64,000 nucleotides of DNA from Clostridia bacterium (GCA_017453245.1 JAFTKM010000008.1:19017-83016), one strand, 5' to 3'. Positions 9,352 through 19,507 are shown, counted from the stretch's first letter. Program-made: numbers and translations. Notes: generated from the letters alone by a model not told the origin.

Positions 9352-10566
9352 ATGAACGTAAGAATAAATAAGGGAGTGCCAGGGGGAAGAGTCAATGCCC
9401 CGCCCTCAAAATCCATGGCGCACAGAATGCTGATCTCTGCGGCTATGGCATCGGGTACAAGCAGAATACGCGGAATCTCCGACTGCGAGGACGTAAGAGC
9501 AACCATTGACTGTCTCGTTGCTCTGGGAGTACAGATCGAGCAGAGCGGAAACGACGTAACCGTCACGGGCGTTGATATGACCGCCTCGGCACCGCGCTCG
9601 GCACTTAACTGTAACGAGAGCGGAAGCACGCTGAGATTCCTATTGCCTATCGCGCTCCTATCCGGCAAAAACACTCTGTTTATGGGCGCTGAGGGCCTTA
9701 TGAAAAGGCCAATGAACGTCTACGAGGAGCTCTGCAAGAAAAAAGGGCTCAGCTACAACGCGGACGGCGAAAGTATCGCTGTACGCGGACCTCTCCCGGC
9801 GGGCGAATTTGAGGTGGTCGGTAACGTGAGCAGTCAGTTTATCAGCGGTCTGCTCTTTGCCCTCCCCTGCCTTCCTACCGACAGTAAAATCAAGATCATC
9901 CCTCCCATAGAAAGCAGGTCGTACATTGATCTGACCATTGAAGCTCTCGCGCTTTTCGGAGTCGAGGTAAAGTGGTCTGACGACACTACCCTTTACGTCA
10001 AGGGAGGACAAAAATACCGTCCCGCAGATCTTACCGTAGAGGGAGATTACTCGGGCGCGGCATTTATAGATTCCTTCTCACTCTTTGGCAGAGACGTCAG
10101 CGTTGACGGTCTTAACCCCGACAGCACTCAGGGTGACAAGGTCTACAAGCTTCTCTTTGATATGATAAAGAGAGGCGTACCCACAATACACATCGGAAAC
10201 TGTCCCGATCTTGGACCTATTCTTTTCGCGGCGGCCGCGGCAAAGCACGGCGCGGTCTTTACGGGCACGAAAAGGCTTAAGATAAAGGAAAGCGACAGAG
10301 CGGCGGCGATGGCCGAGGAGCTGTCTAAATTCGGAGTATCCGTGACCGTTTATGAAGATAAGGTAGTGGTCTACCCCATCAGCTTCCACGCTCCCAGCGA
10401 GACCTTATGCGGACACAACGATCACAGAATAGTAATGGCTTTGGCTGTCCTCTTGACGCTTACGGGCGGAGAGATCACGGGCGCTGAGGCAATAAATAAG
10501 AGCTATCCCTCATTCTTCGAGGATCTCAGAGCGCTTGGAATTGAGGTTACGGAATATGAAGCTTGA
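9352..10566 (+). CDS. aroA: 3-phosphoshikimate 1-carboxyvinyltransferase (EPSP synthase)
   Basis: 404 aa. Motifs PPSKSMAHR, CNESGSTLRFLLP, KESDR, HNDHRIVMA. Confidence 0.9.
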   Translation: MNVRINKGVPGGRVNAPPSKSMAHRMLISAAMASGTSRIRGISDCEDVRATIDCLVALGVQIEQSGNDVTVTGVDMTASAPRSALNCNESGSTLRFLLPIALLSGKNTLFMGAEGLMKRPMNVYEELCKKKGLSYNADGESIAVRGPLPAGEFEVVGNVSSQFISGLLFALPCLPTDSKIKIIPPIESRSYIDLTIEALALFGVEVKWSDDTTLYVKGGQKYRPADLTVEGDYSGAAFIDSFSLFGRDVSVDGLNPDSTQGDKVYKLLFDMIKRGVPTIHIGNCPDLGPILFAAAAAKHGAVFTGTKRLKIKESDRAAAMAEELSKFGVSVTVYEDKVVVYPISFHAPSETLCGHNDHRIVMALAVLLTLTGGEITGAEAINKSYPSFFEDLRALGIEVTEYEA

Positions 10567-11419
10567 CAAAAATACAAAGATACTGATAATAGGTCTTGGC
10601 GTTATAGGAGGCGGATACGCCTCGGCGCTGACCGAAAAGGGATATAACGTCTCTTGCATCACTAAGGAGCAAAAGGATATCGATTACGCTCTAGAAAGAG
10701 GTATGATAAAACACGGCACGACAAAGGTCGACCCCGAGCTTATCGGCGAGGCTGAGCTTGTTATCTTTGCCCTCTATCCTACCGTCTTTATCGAGTGGAT
10801 CGAAAAATACCAAAGGTATTTTAAACCGGGCACACTTATCACCGACGTGACCGGTGTCAAGGAAAGCGTTGTCGGCACTGTGCAATCGATGTTAAGAGAT
10901 GACGTCGAGTTCATCCCGGCGCACCCGATGGCGGGACGTGAGAGAAGCGGCGTTGAATACTCTGACCCGCAGGTTTTTAAGGGCGCAAACTACATAGTCA
11001 CCCCCACGAAGAAGAATACGGCTGAGGCTATTGAGCTCTGCAAGAGCCTTGGTGAAATACTCGGCTTTGCGAGAATAAGCGTGCTATCCCCCGAGGAGCA
11101 CGACGAAATGATCGCCTTCCTCTCCCAGCTAACGCACTGCATAGCAGTTGCGCTGATGACCTGCAACGAGGCGGAGGGACTTGAAAAATATACGGGAGAC
11201 TCCTTCCGTGACCTCACAAGAATCGCGAAGATAAACGATGCGATGTGGAGCGAGCTTTTCCTTATGAACAAGGACGCGCTCATTAAGGAAATGGACGCTT
11301 TTGTCGGCGAGGTCGAAAAAATGAAGAGAATGCTCATCTCGGGTGACCGCGAGGGACTCAGAGCCCTGATGCAAAGGTCGACCGAAAGGCGCTCACTCTT
11401 CGACAAACCGACTGTGTAA
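10556..11419 (+). CDS. tyrA: Prephenate dehydrogenase
   Basis: MKLDKNTKILIIGLGVIGGGYA (Rossmann fold) and HPMAGRERSG. ATG at 10556 overlaps the aroA stop. Confidence 0.85.
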   Translation: MKLDKNTKILIIGLGVIGGGYASALTEKGYNVSCITKEQKDIDYALERGMIKHGTTKVDPELIGEAELVIFALYPTVFIEWIEKYQRYFKPGTLITDVTGVKESVVGTVQSMLRDDVEFIPAHPMAGRERSGVEYSDPQVFKGANYIVTPTKKNTAEAIELCKSLGEILGFARISVLSPEEHDEMIAFLSQLTHCIAVALMTCNEAEGLEKYTGDSFRDLTRIAKINDAMWSELFLMNKDALIKEMDAFVGEVEKMKRMLISGDREGLRALMQRSTERRSLFDKPTV

Positions 11420-11480
11420 TGTCGGAAAATGTAAGAAAACAAAGAATTTGTATTATGATTGTACCGAAAGGACGGTAAAA

Positions 11481-12518
11481 ATGGAAAAGAATTTAACCTT
11501 CTACAGAAAGCTGCCTATACCGAAGGAAATTAAGGCAGAATTCCCTATCTCAAAGGAGCTCGCCGAGTTAAGACAGAGACAGCTCGACGAAATGAGAGAC
11601 ATCTTCGAGGGCAGGTCGCAAAGGCTCCTGCTCATCATAGGTCCCTGCTCCGCGGACGCAGAGAAGCCTGTGCTCGATTATATCTCGCGTCTAAGAAAGG
11701 TCCAGGACGACGTTAAGGAAAAGATAATGATCGTGCCGAGAGTATACACCAACAAGCCGAGAACAACCGGCGAGGGCTACAAGGGTATGCTCCATCAGCC
11801 CAATCCCAATGCCGCGCCCGACCTGCTCAAGGGTATAGTCGCGATAAGACAGCTCCATCTCAAGACTCTCGCGGAGACCGGCTTCTGCCCCGCTGACGAG
11901 ATGCTCTATCCCGAGAATTACAGATACCTCTCGGATATACTCGGCTACGTTGCCATCGGCGCGCGCTCATCGGAAAACCAGCAGCACAGACTCGTCTCCA
12001 GCGGCATCGACGTGCCCGTAGGTATGAAGAATCCGACCGGCGGAGATATATCGGTAATGATGAATTCCATAAAGGCGGCTCAGTCGGGCCACACCTTCCT
12101 TTACAGAGGCTGGGAGGTCGAGAGCAAGGGCAATCCTCTCTGCCACGCCATACTCCGCGGCTACGTCGACAAGCGCGGTCAGTCGCACCCCAACTATCAC
12201 TTCGAGGACCTGTACTCTCTTTGGGAGACGTATCAGGCATCGGGACTCAAGAATCCCGCGGTAATAGTTGACACCAACCACTCAAACTCCGGCAAGAAAT
12301 ACCTCGAGCAGCCGAGAATCGCGAAGGAGATACTCCACAGCGCAAGATATTCTCCCGAGGTGCGCTCGCTCGTCAAGGGACTTATGATCGAGAGCTATAT
12401 TGAGGACGGCTCGCAGAAGATTTCCGACTGCGAGGTATACGGAAAATCCATCACAGACCCCTGCCTCGGCTGGGATAAGACGGAAAAGCTCATCTACGAC
12501 CTCGCGGACGTGCTTTAA
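11481..12518 (+). CDS. aroG: 3-deoxy-7-phosphoheptulonate (DAHP) synthase, class I
   Basis: Motifs IIGPCS, VYTNKPRTTGEGYKGM, GMKNPTGGD, DTNHSNS. I prefer the start MEKNLTFY at 11481 over 11448. Confidence 0.85.
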   Translation: MEKNLTFYRKLPIPKEIKAEFPISKELAELRQRQLDEMRDIFEGRSQRLLLIIGPCSADAEKPVLDYISRLRKVQDDVKEKIMIVPRVYTNKPRTTGEGYKGMLHQPNPNAAPDLLKGIVAIRQLHLKTLAETGFCPADEMLYPENYRYLSDILGYVAIGARSSENQQHRLVSSGIDVPVGMKNPTGGDISVMMNSIKAAQSGHTFLYRGWEVESKGNPLCHAILRGYVDKRGQSHPNYHFEDLYSLWETYQASGLKNPAVIVDTNHSNSGKKYLEQPRIAKEILHSARYSPEVRSLVKGLMIESYIEDGSQKISDCEVYGKSITDPCLGWDKTEKLIYDLADVL

Positions 12519-12528
12519 TAGCTTTAAA

Positions 12529-12571
12529 GGAACAGATAAGAGACAAAAGCTCTCCGTCTGTTCCTTTTTTC
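12529..12571 (+). terminator. Putative intrinsic terminator of the aromatic operon
   Basis: GGAACAGA (12529-12536) pairs with TCTGTTCC (12557-12564), followed by TTTTTT. The loop is long (20 nt), so this is only moderately convincing. Confidence 0.5.
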
Positions 12572-12674
12572 TTGTCTTGAGCGTGAAAAAACTCACTTAT
12601 ATAAGACACGTGTCAATTAATAACATATATAAAATGAATAAGATGTAAATTCCTGCTTTTAGTCAAACTCAGTC

Positions 12675-12703
12675 TTGACTTTTAAAGCTTGAAGTGGTAA
12701 GAT
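12675..12703 (+). promoter_or_regulatory. Candidate promoter of the surface-lipoprotein operon
   Basis: TTGACT (12675-12680), 17-nt spacer, TAAGAT (12698-12703). Confidence 0.4.
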
Positions 12704-12760
12704 ATAGGATGGCTTTATATATTTTCACACGTGTTTATTATTTTTTAAAGGAGCAGATAT

Positions 12761-15700
12761 ATGAACTTCAAAAAACTGATATCGTTTCTCCTTTGTCTTA
12801 TTCTCACTCTCAGCTGCGTGCTTCCGCTAGTCAGCTGCGGAGGTAAGGATAACGGCGGGGATGATGACGATGGCAAGACACCCGGCGGCAGTGTCGTCGG
12901 AGGCGGTAACGGAGGCACCACGGAAAACGGTGAAACCGAATATACCGTCAAGGTAGTAACCGTAGGCGGAATGCCTCTTGAGGGCGTTATGGTATACATC
13001 CATAACGGTGAAGCATACAGCGTATGCACCGCGCCTCAGGAGACTGACAAGGACGGTATCGCAAAATTCAAGCTCAAGACGTCTAACGACTACTCCGTAC
13101 AGATCGACGGCGCGCCTAACGGCTACAACGTAAAGGAAGGCCTTACCAAGGATGACAGATATCCTCTCACGGCGCCCGACACGCTCATTACCCTTTCCTC
13201 CGCACCTATCACAAGCGGCGGCTTCAAGAGCTCTTACGATATTGGTGACGTTATGTACGACTTCACCCTTACCGACATCAACGGCGACACGTACAAGCTC
13301 TCCGAGATGCTCAAGACCAAGGATATGGTAATGCTCAACTTCTGGTACGTAGGTTGCTCGAACTGCTACTATGAGTTCCCCTATATCAACAACGTATACA
13401 AGAATTACATGGACGATATTGAGATCCTTGCGATCAACGACTATACGACCGATACCAAGCAGGACGTGATCGACTATCCCGAATATCTCGGCGAGGAGCT
13501 CGCAATGCCCCTGTTTAAGGTCGGCAACACCGCGAACGATCTCACCCTCTCCAAGTTCCCGAGTGAGGGTTATCCCACCACCGTTATTATCGACAGATAC
13601 GGTGTTATCTGCATGATCGAGGTCGGCGCAGTTCTCGGCGACTCCAAGTGGAAGAACATATTCGATCACTTTGTAGGCGATGACTACAAGCAGACTCTCA
13701 TCACAGACAACTCCATCCTCAATCCTCAGCTCGAGCCCACCGTTAAGTGGGATGACGATTCCGCCGAGGAAATTGCAAATGCGTTTAACAGCGGTGATAT
13801 CACCGTAAGCTATCATCCCGAGACAAACGAGAAGGACGCTAAGTACGCCTGGCCCTTCATCGTGGACACATATAACGGTGAAACAGTCGTACGCCCCTCC
13901 AACAACGGCGTTGACAACTCCTTCGCAATTCTTTACGCTGACGTACAGCTCAAGCCCGGTCAGGCAATTATGTTCGACTGGTTTGCTTCGACTCAGAATA
14001 ACGAGATGGGTACGGACGTGCTCTACATTCTCGTTGACGGCAAGGATATCTACTCTATATCCGGTATCAGCGAGGACGGCTACGAGATCTGCTGTACCTA
14101 CGTTGACCCCCGTCCCGTAACCGAGACTAACAAGGACGACGTCGCTACCTATGAGGTTGCGTTCGCGTACTATAAGGACACGGTTGAATCCGAGGGCGAC
14201 GACACCGTTTACCTCAAGAATCTCAGAGTTGTCGGAGTTGACGAGATTCCCGTTGAGACCTACATCTTCCGCTATGCGGCAACAGATCTTAACGAGACCG
14301 GTGACGGCTACAACACCTACGTTACCGTACATCTCGGTGCTGACGGCTACTACCACGTAGGCTCTGTGGACGGACCTCTCCTTCTTGCAAACCACTTAAG
14401 CTACACTCAGTTTGACTCCGAAAAGACCGTATCCGAGAGAGTTTACGCTAACTACTCACTTATGGTTAACGGAGTAAACAAGTTCCAGAACTGGGTAACC
14501 TACGGCAACGCCGCATCCAACTCCCAGATGTACTACTACACCCCCGTAACCGAGGAGCTCCGCGAGATGCTTATGGCATACTGCGAGGAGCACAGACGTG
14601 AGGTTGGTAAATCTGCGAGCGAGAACCTCTGGCTCCAGCTCTGCGTTTACTATGACGCATACGGAGTTGACGAGGATGGCAACCCCGCAGAGCACCTTCC
14701 CGACCCCATTCAGGGTCTTACCTCCTTCTCCGCATTCGAGGTGGAGATCACAAACGATAATCCTACTACTCAGGGCGACGTTGTCGCAAGCGCTGAGGTC
14801 ACCTACAACAGAGTAATTATGCCCCGTGGCTACCTCTACAAGTTCGTACCCACCAAGTCCGGCGTATACCGCATCACCTCTAAGAGTGAGCAGGAGGTAA
14901 ACGGCTGGATCTTCACCGGTAACAACGATGAGTGGGTAAAGAACGAGGGTGACAGAACCATTCTTACAAGCGATTCTGTCGCAGAGCGTATAACCGACGA
15001 TCTCCTTATTGAGAATGAGGACGGCACTATGGCCTTCGACCGTACCAACGTATCTCTTGTTGCGTATATGGAAGCGGGCGAGGCATACTACATCGACATC
15101 GCGTACTATGACGTATACGCGGTAGGCACCTTTACCTTTGACGTTAAGTGGATCGGCGAAAGCTTCGGACACTTCATCCAGGCATCTCCCGGACCTATCA
15201 CCTATATCGAGTCTGTAAACGGCGGTATGGGCCAGCTTATCGCAGGCGGTATCGACGTTGACTTCAAGACTGTGGACGGCGTTGAATACGCATATCAGGT
15301 TCTCGAAAGAGACGAGAACGGAAACGTTACAAAGTGGGGCGAGAAGATCTATGCAGACTTCTACTATCCCACCACACTCTTCCCCTCGCAGTCCATCGAG
15401 GCGCTCCTCAAGGCTAACGCCTTCAACTACACCATCACCGAGCTTGACAGAGAGGCTCTTATACTTCTCGACGGTGTAAGAGTTGACGGTAAGGCAGCTC
15501 TCATCGATAAGTGGATCAAGGAAGAAACCGTAGCCGACAAGGATGCGGCAGAGGCTAAGTGGGCAGAGCTCGGACTTGACGATATCGTTAAGGACGGACT
15601 CGACGGCACATATGACGGCACCTACACCGACGAGGCACTCGCACTCGCTGATTACGTAATTGCAGAGGGTACGTACGAGCTCAAGGCCGAGTGGGGCAAG

Positions 15701-16315
15701 GAGCTTCTCAGCAGCTACGTATGGGATCAGTACGAGATGGATAGCGTTATCCGCGGAGCCTTCAGCGCTGACGAGACAACGGCTGCAAAGCAGGCGGAAT
15801 ACCTCGAAAATGTAAACAATAACTTTACAGAAGCGTGGAATTACTACCAGATGGACGATGTCAAGCGCGGCATCTTCCACAACCACGATAACAGAACCGA
15901 CAAGGATATGAAGGCTCTCGAGTATCTCGAGATCTACAACGCAGACGGCAAGGAAGCTCTTAAGGCTTACTGGGATTCTGAGTTCAGCTCTATCCTTCCC
16001 GGCGAGGACGATGACGTAACCGATATTTCCGAGTGGAGATATAACTACTTCTGGAATTATTATAAGATGGATGACGTTATCGCAGGTATCTATCACGGCA
16101 AGGTTGCAGACTATACCGACGAGATGCTCGCGTATGTCGAAAAAATGGAAAATGACGTCGCTAATAATCCCGAGCGTCAGGGATGCGTTGCGGTAACAAG
16201 AGAGCTTGCTGAGATTCTCGATACTCTCATCGCAAGAGAGGTATTTGAGGACGTACAGAACGGTTGGCTCAAGTTCTGCTTCTACTACGATATGCTCGGC
16301 ACGTATGCTGAGTAA
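12761..16315 (+). CDS. Large surface lipoprotein (1184 aa): prealbumin/CarboxypepD_reg-like Ig domain, TlpA/redoxin-like thioredoxin-fold domain (CSNC), then a long uncharacterised region with C-terminal W-x-YY-x-MDDV repeats
   Basis: Lipoprotein signal LILTLSCVLPLVSCGG. YTVKVVTVGGMPLEGVMVYI...DKDGIAKFKL. Redoxin motif VMLNFWYVGCSNCYYEFPYI, with CSNC at nt 13355-13366. Three repeats: VWDQYEMDSVIRGAF, AWNYYQMDDVKRGIF, FWNYYKMDDVIAGIY. Confidence 0.8.
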   Translation: MNFKKLISFLLCLILTLSCVLPLVSCGGKDNGGDDDDGKTPGGSVVGGGNGGTTENGETEYTVKVVTVGGMPLEGVMVYIHNGEAYSVCTAPQETDKDGIAKFKLKTSNDYSVQIDGAPNGYNVKEGLTKDDRYPLTAPDTLITLSSAPITSGGFKSSYDIGDVMYDFTLTDINGDTYKLSEMLKTKDMVMLNFWYVGCSNCYYEFPYINNVYKNYMDDIEILAINDYTTDTKQDVIDYPEYLGEELAMPLFKVGNTANDLTLSKFPSEGYPTTVIIDRYGVICMIEVGAVLGDSKWKNIFDHFVGDDYKQTLITDNSILNPQLEPTVKWDDDSAEEIANAFNSGDITVSYHPETNEKDAKYAWPFIVDTYNGETVVRPSNNGVDNSFAILYADVQLKPGQAIMFDWFASTQNNEMGTDVLYILVDGKDIYSISGISEDGYEICCTYVDPRPVTETNKDDVATYEVAFAYYKDTVESEGDDTVYLKNLRVVGVDEIPVETYIFRYAATDLNETGDGYNTYVTVHLGADGYYHVGSVDGPLLLANHLSYTQFDSEKTVSERVYANYSLMVNGVNKFQNWVTYGNAASNSQMYYYTPVTEELREMLMAYCEEHRREVGKSASENLWLQLCVYYDAYGVDEDGNPAEHLPDPIQGLTSFSAFEVEITNDNPTTQGDVVASAEVTYNRVIMPRGYLYKFVPTKSGVYRITSKSEQEVNGWIFTGNNDEWVKNEGDRTILTSDSVAERITDDLLIENEDGTMAFDRTNVSLVAYMEAGEAYYIDIAYYDVYAVGTFTFDVKWIGESFGHFIQASPGPITYIESVNGGMGQLIAGGIDVDFKTVDGVEYAYQVLERDENGNVTKWGEKIYADFYYPTTLFPSQSIEALLKANAFNYTITELDREALILLDGVRVDGKAALIDKWIKEETVADKDAAEAKWAELGLDDIVKDGLDGTYDGTYTDEALALADYVIAEGTYELKAEWGKELLSSYVWDQYEMDSVIRGAFSADETTAAKQAEYLENVNNNFTEAWNYYQMDDVKRGIFHNHDNRTDKDMKALEYLEIYNADGKEALKAYWDSEFSSILPGEDDDVTDISEWRYNYFWNYYKMDDVIAGIYHGKVADYTDEMLAYVEKMENDVANNPERQGCVAVTRELAEILDTLIAREVFEDVQNGWLKFCFYYDMLGTYAE

Positions 16316-16329
16316 TCAGGAGGACAATT

Positions 16330-17019
16330 ATGACCTTTAAGAAATTTATTTCACTCATTCTCGTATGCTTTATGCTTATGGCGGTGCTTTCACTCACCGC
16401 CTGCGGCGGCAACGATGACAACAAGGATAACGAAAACACCAATGAAGGTGGCGAAAACAATACCACCGACAAGACCTACGCTGTTACGGTTCTTGATGAG
16501 GACGGTGCTCCCATTGAGGGCGTTAAGCTGGTTATCACAGACGGTACAACCTACCCCACCGCAACAACCGATGCAAGCGGTAAGGCGAGCGTTCAGCTCC
16601 CCGAGGGAACTATCAGCGTAATGATCACAACTGTTCCCGACGGCTATCTCAAGCCCGAGAAGGTATCCGGTGGTGTATACCACGGCGTATTTGCAAGCGG
16701 CACAAACGAGCTTGCAATCACACTTGAGAAGGATGTTGTTATTGATACCAAGGTAGAATATACCGTTAAGGTTGTCGATACATCCGGCAATCCTGTGGTT
16801 GGAATGAAGGTTCAGGTTTGTCCCGGAGGGGTTTGTTTGCCTGATGACTTCTATACCGATGAAAACGGTGAGATAAAGGCAATGATTACTCCCGGAACGG
16901 AAGTAAAAATACAACTTATCGAACTCGACGGATACAACCTTCCCACTACCGTTGACGGTACTTATCACGCTATAATACCGGTAGGCGAAACCGAAATAAC
17001 AATAGATACCGTTACATAG
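16330..17019 (+). CDS. Lipoprotein with two prealbumin-like (CarboxypepD_reg / SdrD-B-like) domains
   Basis: Signal plus lipobox MAVLSLTACGG. YAVTVLDEDGAPIEGVKLVI...DASGKASVQL and YTVKVVDTSGNPVVGMKVQV...DENGEIKAMI. GGAGG RBS. Confidence 0.8.
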   Translation: MTFKKFISLILVCFMLMAVLSLTACGGNDDNKDNENTNEGGENNTTDKTYAVTVLDEDGAPIEGVKLVITDGTTYPTATTDASGKASVQLPEGTISVMITTVPDGYLKPEKVSGGVYHGVFASGTNELAITLEKDVVIDTKVEYTVKVVDTSGNPVVGMKVQVCPGGVCLPDDFYTDENGEIKAMITPGTEVKIQLIELDGYNLPTTVDGTYHAIIPVGETEITIDTVT

Positions 17020-17036
17020 AACTAAATAAATAGTTT

Positions 17037-17072
17037 AGCGCCCCGAGGACGATGCCTCGGGGCGCTTTTTTA
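17037..17072 (+). terminator. Intrinsic terminator
   Basis: AGCGCCCCGAGG / CCTCGGGGCGCT is a perfect 12-bp stem, followed by TTTTTTATTTT. Confidence 0.8.
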
Positions 17073-17124
17073 TTTTGATAAGATGAATTTTAAGAAATAT
17101 GATCCGATAGATTCATATCGTTTT

Positions 17125-18675
17125 TTACTGTGCGTTTGACATAGCCGCCATAACGAGAATCAAAAGAGTATCGTAGTCAAGCTCTGTCTGCTGAAGCGAG
17201 TATATCTCGCCGTTCGGGTCTACAACAATAGTTATAGGATAGGTTCCCGTACCGCCGAGGGTGGTATAAAGGTATTCGCCCGAGGTGGTGTCTCCATCCT
17301 TTATAAGACGGTCAACACCAAAGAGGATCTTGCTCTGTGGGAAATTCTCCTCGATATACTCGTCGGACTCCTCCATCTGGTCGAAGGTATGTATCGCAAT
17401 AACGTCAACCTCACCGTAGAAGTCGGTTGCTATCTGGTCAAAATAAGGAAGCTCCTTGATGCAACCGGGACACCAAACACCCCAGAAATTGATGATGGTA
17501 ACCTTGCCCTTGTTATCCGTGGGATCAAAGCTTTCGGTGTATTCTCCCTCGCCGTTGTAGATGGGAATATCAAGGCTCGGACACGCGTCACCCTCGCCGT
17601 AGATCTTGAGCGTGTCATCAATAGGTTTATCGATGAAATTATAGTAAACAAGCGCGCTCACAAGAAGCGACACCATAAGAACTGCGGCAACAATTTTAGT
17701 AATTAAGCGGCGTTTTGCTAACTTTCGATTACTTTTTGCGGTGTTTTCAAGACACACCTCGCGTTCTTCATCGGACATATCTGAAGTCACGAGCGCGATC
17801 TCGTCGGGAGGTAAAATGACCTTACCGCCGCGCCAGGAGATAGCCTTGGTGGGGCAAACGCCGACACACTCACCGCAGTTGATACACTCGTGGTCACCGA
17901 CCTCGCGTATATCCATTTTACACTTTGAAATACAGAGTCCGCAATCGATGCACTTCGGCTTCTCAAGCTTGATGCCGAGGATGGCAAACTTGTTGAAAAG
18001 ACCGTAAAGAGCGCCGAGGGGACAGATAAATCTGCAGAACACTCTGAAGATGAATACAGAGCCTACGATCACGCTGACTGCGAGCGCAAACTTCCAGGTA
18101 AAGAGCGGACCGAGTCTTGCAAGCTCGCCCTCGTTTACCTTGTTTGAGAGCAGACCGAAGGCGCCCTCAATGGTGCCTGCGGGACAAACGTACTTGCAGA
18201 AGCCGGGGAGCGGCACGTTGCGCAGACCGTAAAGCACCGGCACGATAACAACTAAGAATACGAGAAGCACGTACTTGAAGTATGAGAGTATTCTCGTGAA
18301 GCGGTTTTTCTTAAGCTTCGGTGTCTTTATCTTGTAAAGCAGCTCCTGAATAAGTCCGAAGGGACAGAGGAAGCCGCAGATGAGTCTGCCAAGAAGGATA
18401 CTGTAAAGAAGGATTATGCCGACAACGTAGTACGGTGTTCTCTTCTCTGACGCGCCGAGCGCATTCTGAAGCGAGCCGAGAGGACAAGCTCCCGACGCTC
18501 CCGGGCAGGAATAGCAGTTAAGTCCCGGGGTGCATATATTTTTGAGCGGGCCCTGATATATTTTTCCGTTAGCGAAGCCCTTCAGATTGGCGTTAAAAAG
18601 CAACGCCGAATAGAGCTGAATAAGCTTACGCTTAGTAGGTACAAGGCTCTTAAGTTTAGTTACAAATTTACTCAT
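17125..18675 (-). CDS. Membrane polyferredoxin (NapH/MauN/COG0348-like, 2x[4Fe-4S]) fused through a TM helix to a C-terminal TlpA-like thioredoxin domain (CPGC)
   Basis: CYSCPGASGACPLG and FLCPFG / FICPLG TM-associated motifs. CIDCGLCISKC and CINCGECVGVCP ferredoxin motifs (nt ~17836-17955). TM helix ITKIVAAVLMVSLLVSALVYY. VTIINFWGVWCPGCIKELPYF, with CPGC at nt 17461-17472. Confidence 0.85.
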   Translation of the reverse strand: MSKFVTKLKSLVPTKRKLIQLYSALLFNANLKGFANGKIYQGPLKNICTPGLNCYSCPGASGACPLGSLQNALGASEKRTPYYVVGIILLYSILLGRLICGFLCPFGLIQELLYKIKTPKLKKNRFTRILSYFKYVLLVFLVVIVPVLYGLRNVPLPGFCKYVCPAGTIEGAFGLLSNKVNEGELARLGPLFTWKFALAVSVIVGSVFIFRVFCRFICPLGALYGLFNKFAILGIKLEKPKCIDCGLCISKCKMDIREVGDHECINCGECVGVCPTKAISWRGGKVILPPDEIALVTSDMSDEEREVCLENTAKSNRKLAKRRLITKIVAAVLMVSLLVSALVYYNFIDKPIDDTLKIYGEGDACPSLDIPIYNGEGEYTESFDPTDNKGKVTIINFWGVWCPGCIKELPYFDQIATDFYGEVDVIAIHTFDQMEESDEYIEENFPQSKILFGVDRLIKDGDTTSGEYLYTTLGGTGTYPITIVVDPNGEIYSLQQTELDYDTLLILVMAAMSNAQ

Positions 18676-18679
18676 ATCT

Positions 18680-19507
18680 TTATCCTAAGCCTATACATTC
18701 TGTGCAAATTTTGATTGCCTTGTTAAGCACGTCTGCCATACCGCCGTTGGTTATTCCCATAACAATGAAAGCAACCGCGCATCCAACGAGAGCAATTCTG
18801 ACTCCGAGGACTATCGGCTTCTCGTTTTTCTTAAGGTAATCCGCCGCTTTGCATATCACACAGCTATGCGAGCTCTCCCGAGTCTCGCAGATTCCCGAGG
18901 ACGCGAGAGCCTCCTTCAAGAGTGCGTGCTCTCTTTTAAGCGAGAGGTCGCGAAGGATAACGTAGACCACCTCGTAAACGAACAAAGGAGCCAAAAATGC
19001 GAGGTATACCAGCATACCGTGTAAAATTTCAGCGTTATATTCACCGCTCACCGCGGGGAAGTTGGCAGGGTTGAGGAGGAAGATAAGAGGAAGGACAGCG
19101 CTAAGAGTGATGAGGGTGAGTCTGACGTATCCGAGGATACTGCGCAGTTTTCTTTCCTTCACTATTTTTTCTGCCGTTTGCCCGTCCGCGCCGGAAAGGT
19201 CTACCCTTTCGGAAAGCTTCTTGACAAGCACGGTGAGTGAGCGCGCGCCCTTAAGCTTCTCCCCTTCGGTAGGCAAGGCAATCGATACGCCAACGCCGAC
19301 GATAACAAGAGAGACGGTGATATACACCCACACCGCAATTTTCGAAAACGCCCGAGCTATGCTCTCTCTTGTAAACGGGCTCTGCCCGCTCTTATAGATT
19401 GAATAGCAGGAGGTTATAAACAGGATACCCACAAGCACAAGCATAGCCGACATCAGTATGCCGAAGCCGAGGTGTATCCGCTTTTTGCTTTTTTCGGTCA
19501 GTTTCAC
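18680..19507 (-). CDS. Polytopic membrane protein (275 aa) with C-terminal CxxC pairs; translationally adjacent to the polyferredoxin-TlpA gene (4-nt gap)
   Basis: Several hydrophobic helices. GICETRESSHSCVICK (CVIC at nt 18851-18862) and KICTECIGLG at the C-terminus (CTEC at nt 18695-18706). I recognise no family. Confidence 0.65.
   Translation of the reverse strand: MKLTEKSKKRIHLGFGILMSAMLVLVGILFITSCYSIYKSGQSPFTRESIARAFSKIAVWVYITVSLVIVGVGVSIALPTEGEKLKGARSLTVLVKKLSERVDLSGADGQTAEKIVKERKLRSILGYVRLTLITLSAVLPLIFLLNPANFPAVSGEYNAEILHGMLVYLAFLAPLFVYEVVYVILRDLSLKREHALLKEALASSGICETRESSHSCVICKAADYLKKNEKPIVLGVRIALVGCAVAFIVMGITNGGMADVLNKAIKICTECIGLG

Noticed and set aside
12827-16096. Very long antisense ORFs (522 aa and 546 aa) inside the 1184-aa lipoprotein gene. 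Similar ones lie inside the protease gene (24135-25010, 27198-28661, 29457-31607), the SBP gene (32578-34086) and the permease/ATPase genes (36759-38966)
   Set aside because: The sense strands carry signal peptides, catalytic motifs and ABC signatures. The antisense translations are low-complexity V/G/R/L-rich, as expected when stop codons are depleted opposite coding sequence rich in codons such as GAC, GAG, CTC and GCC.
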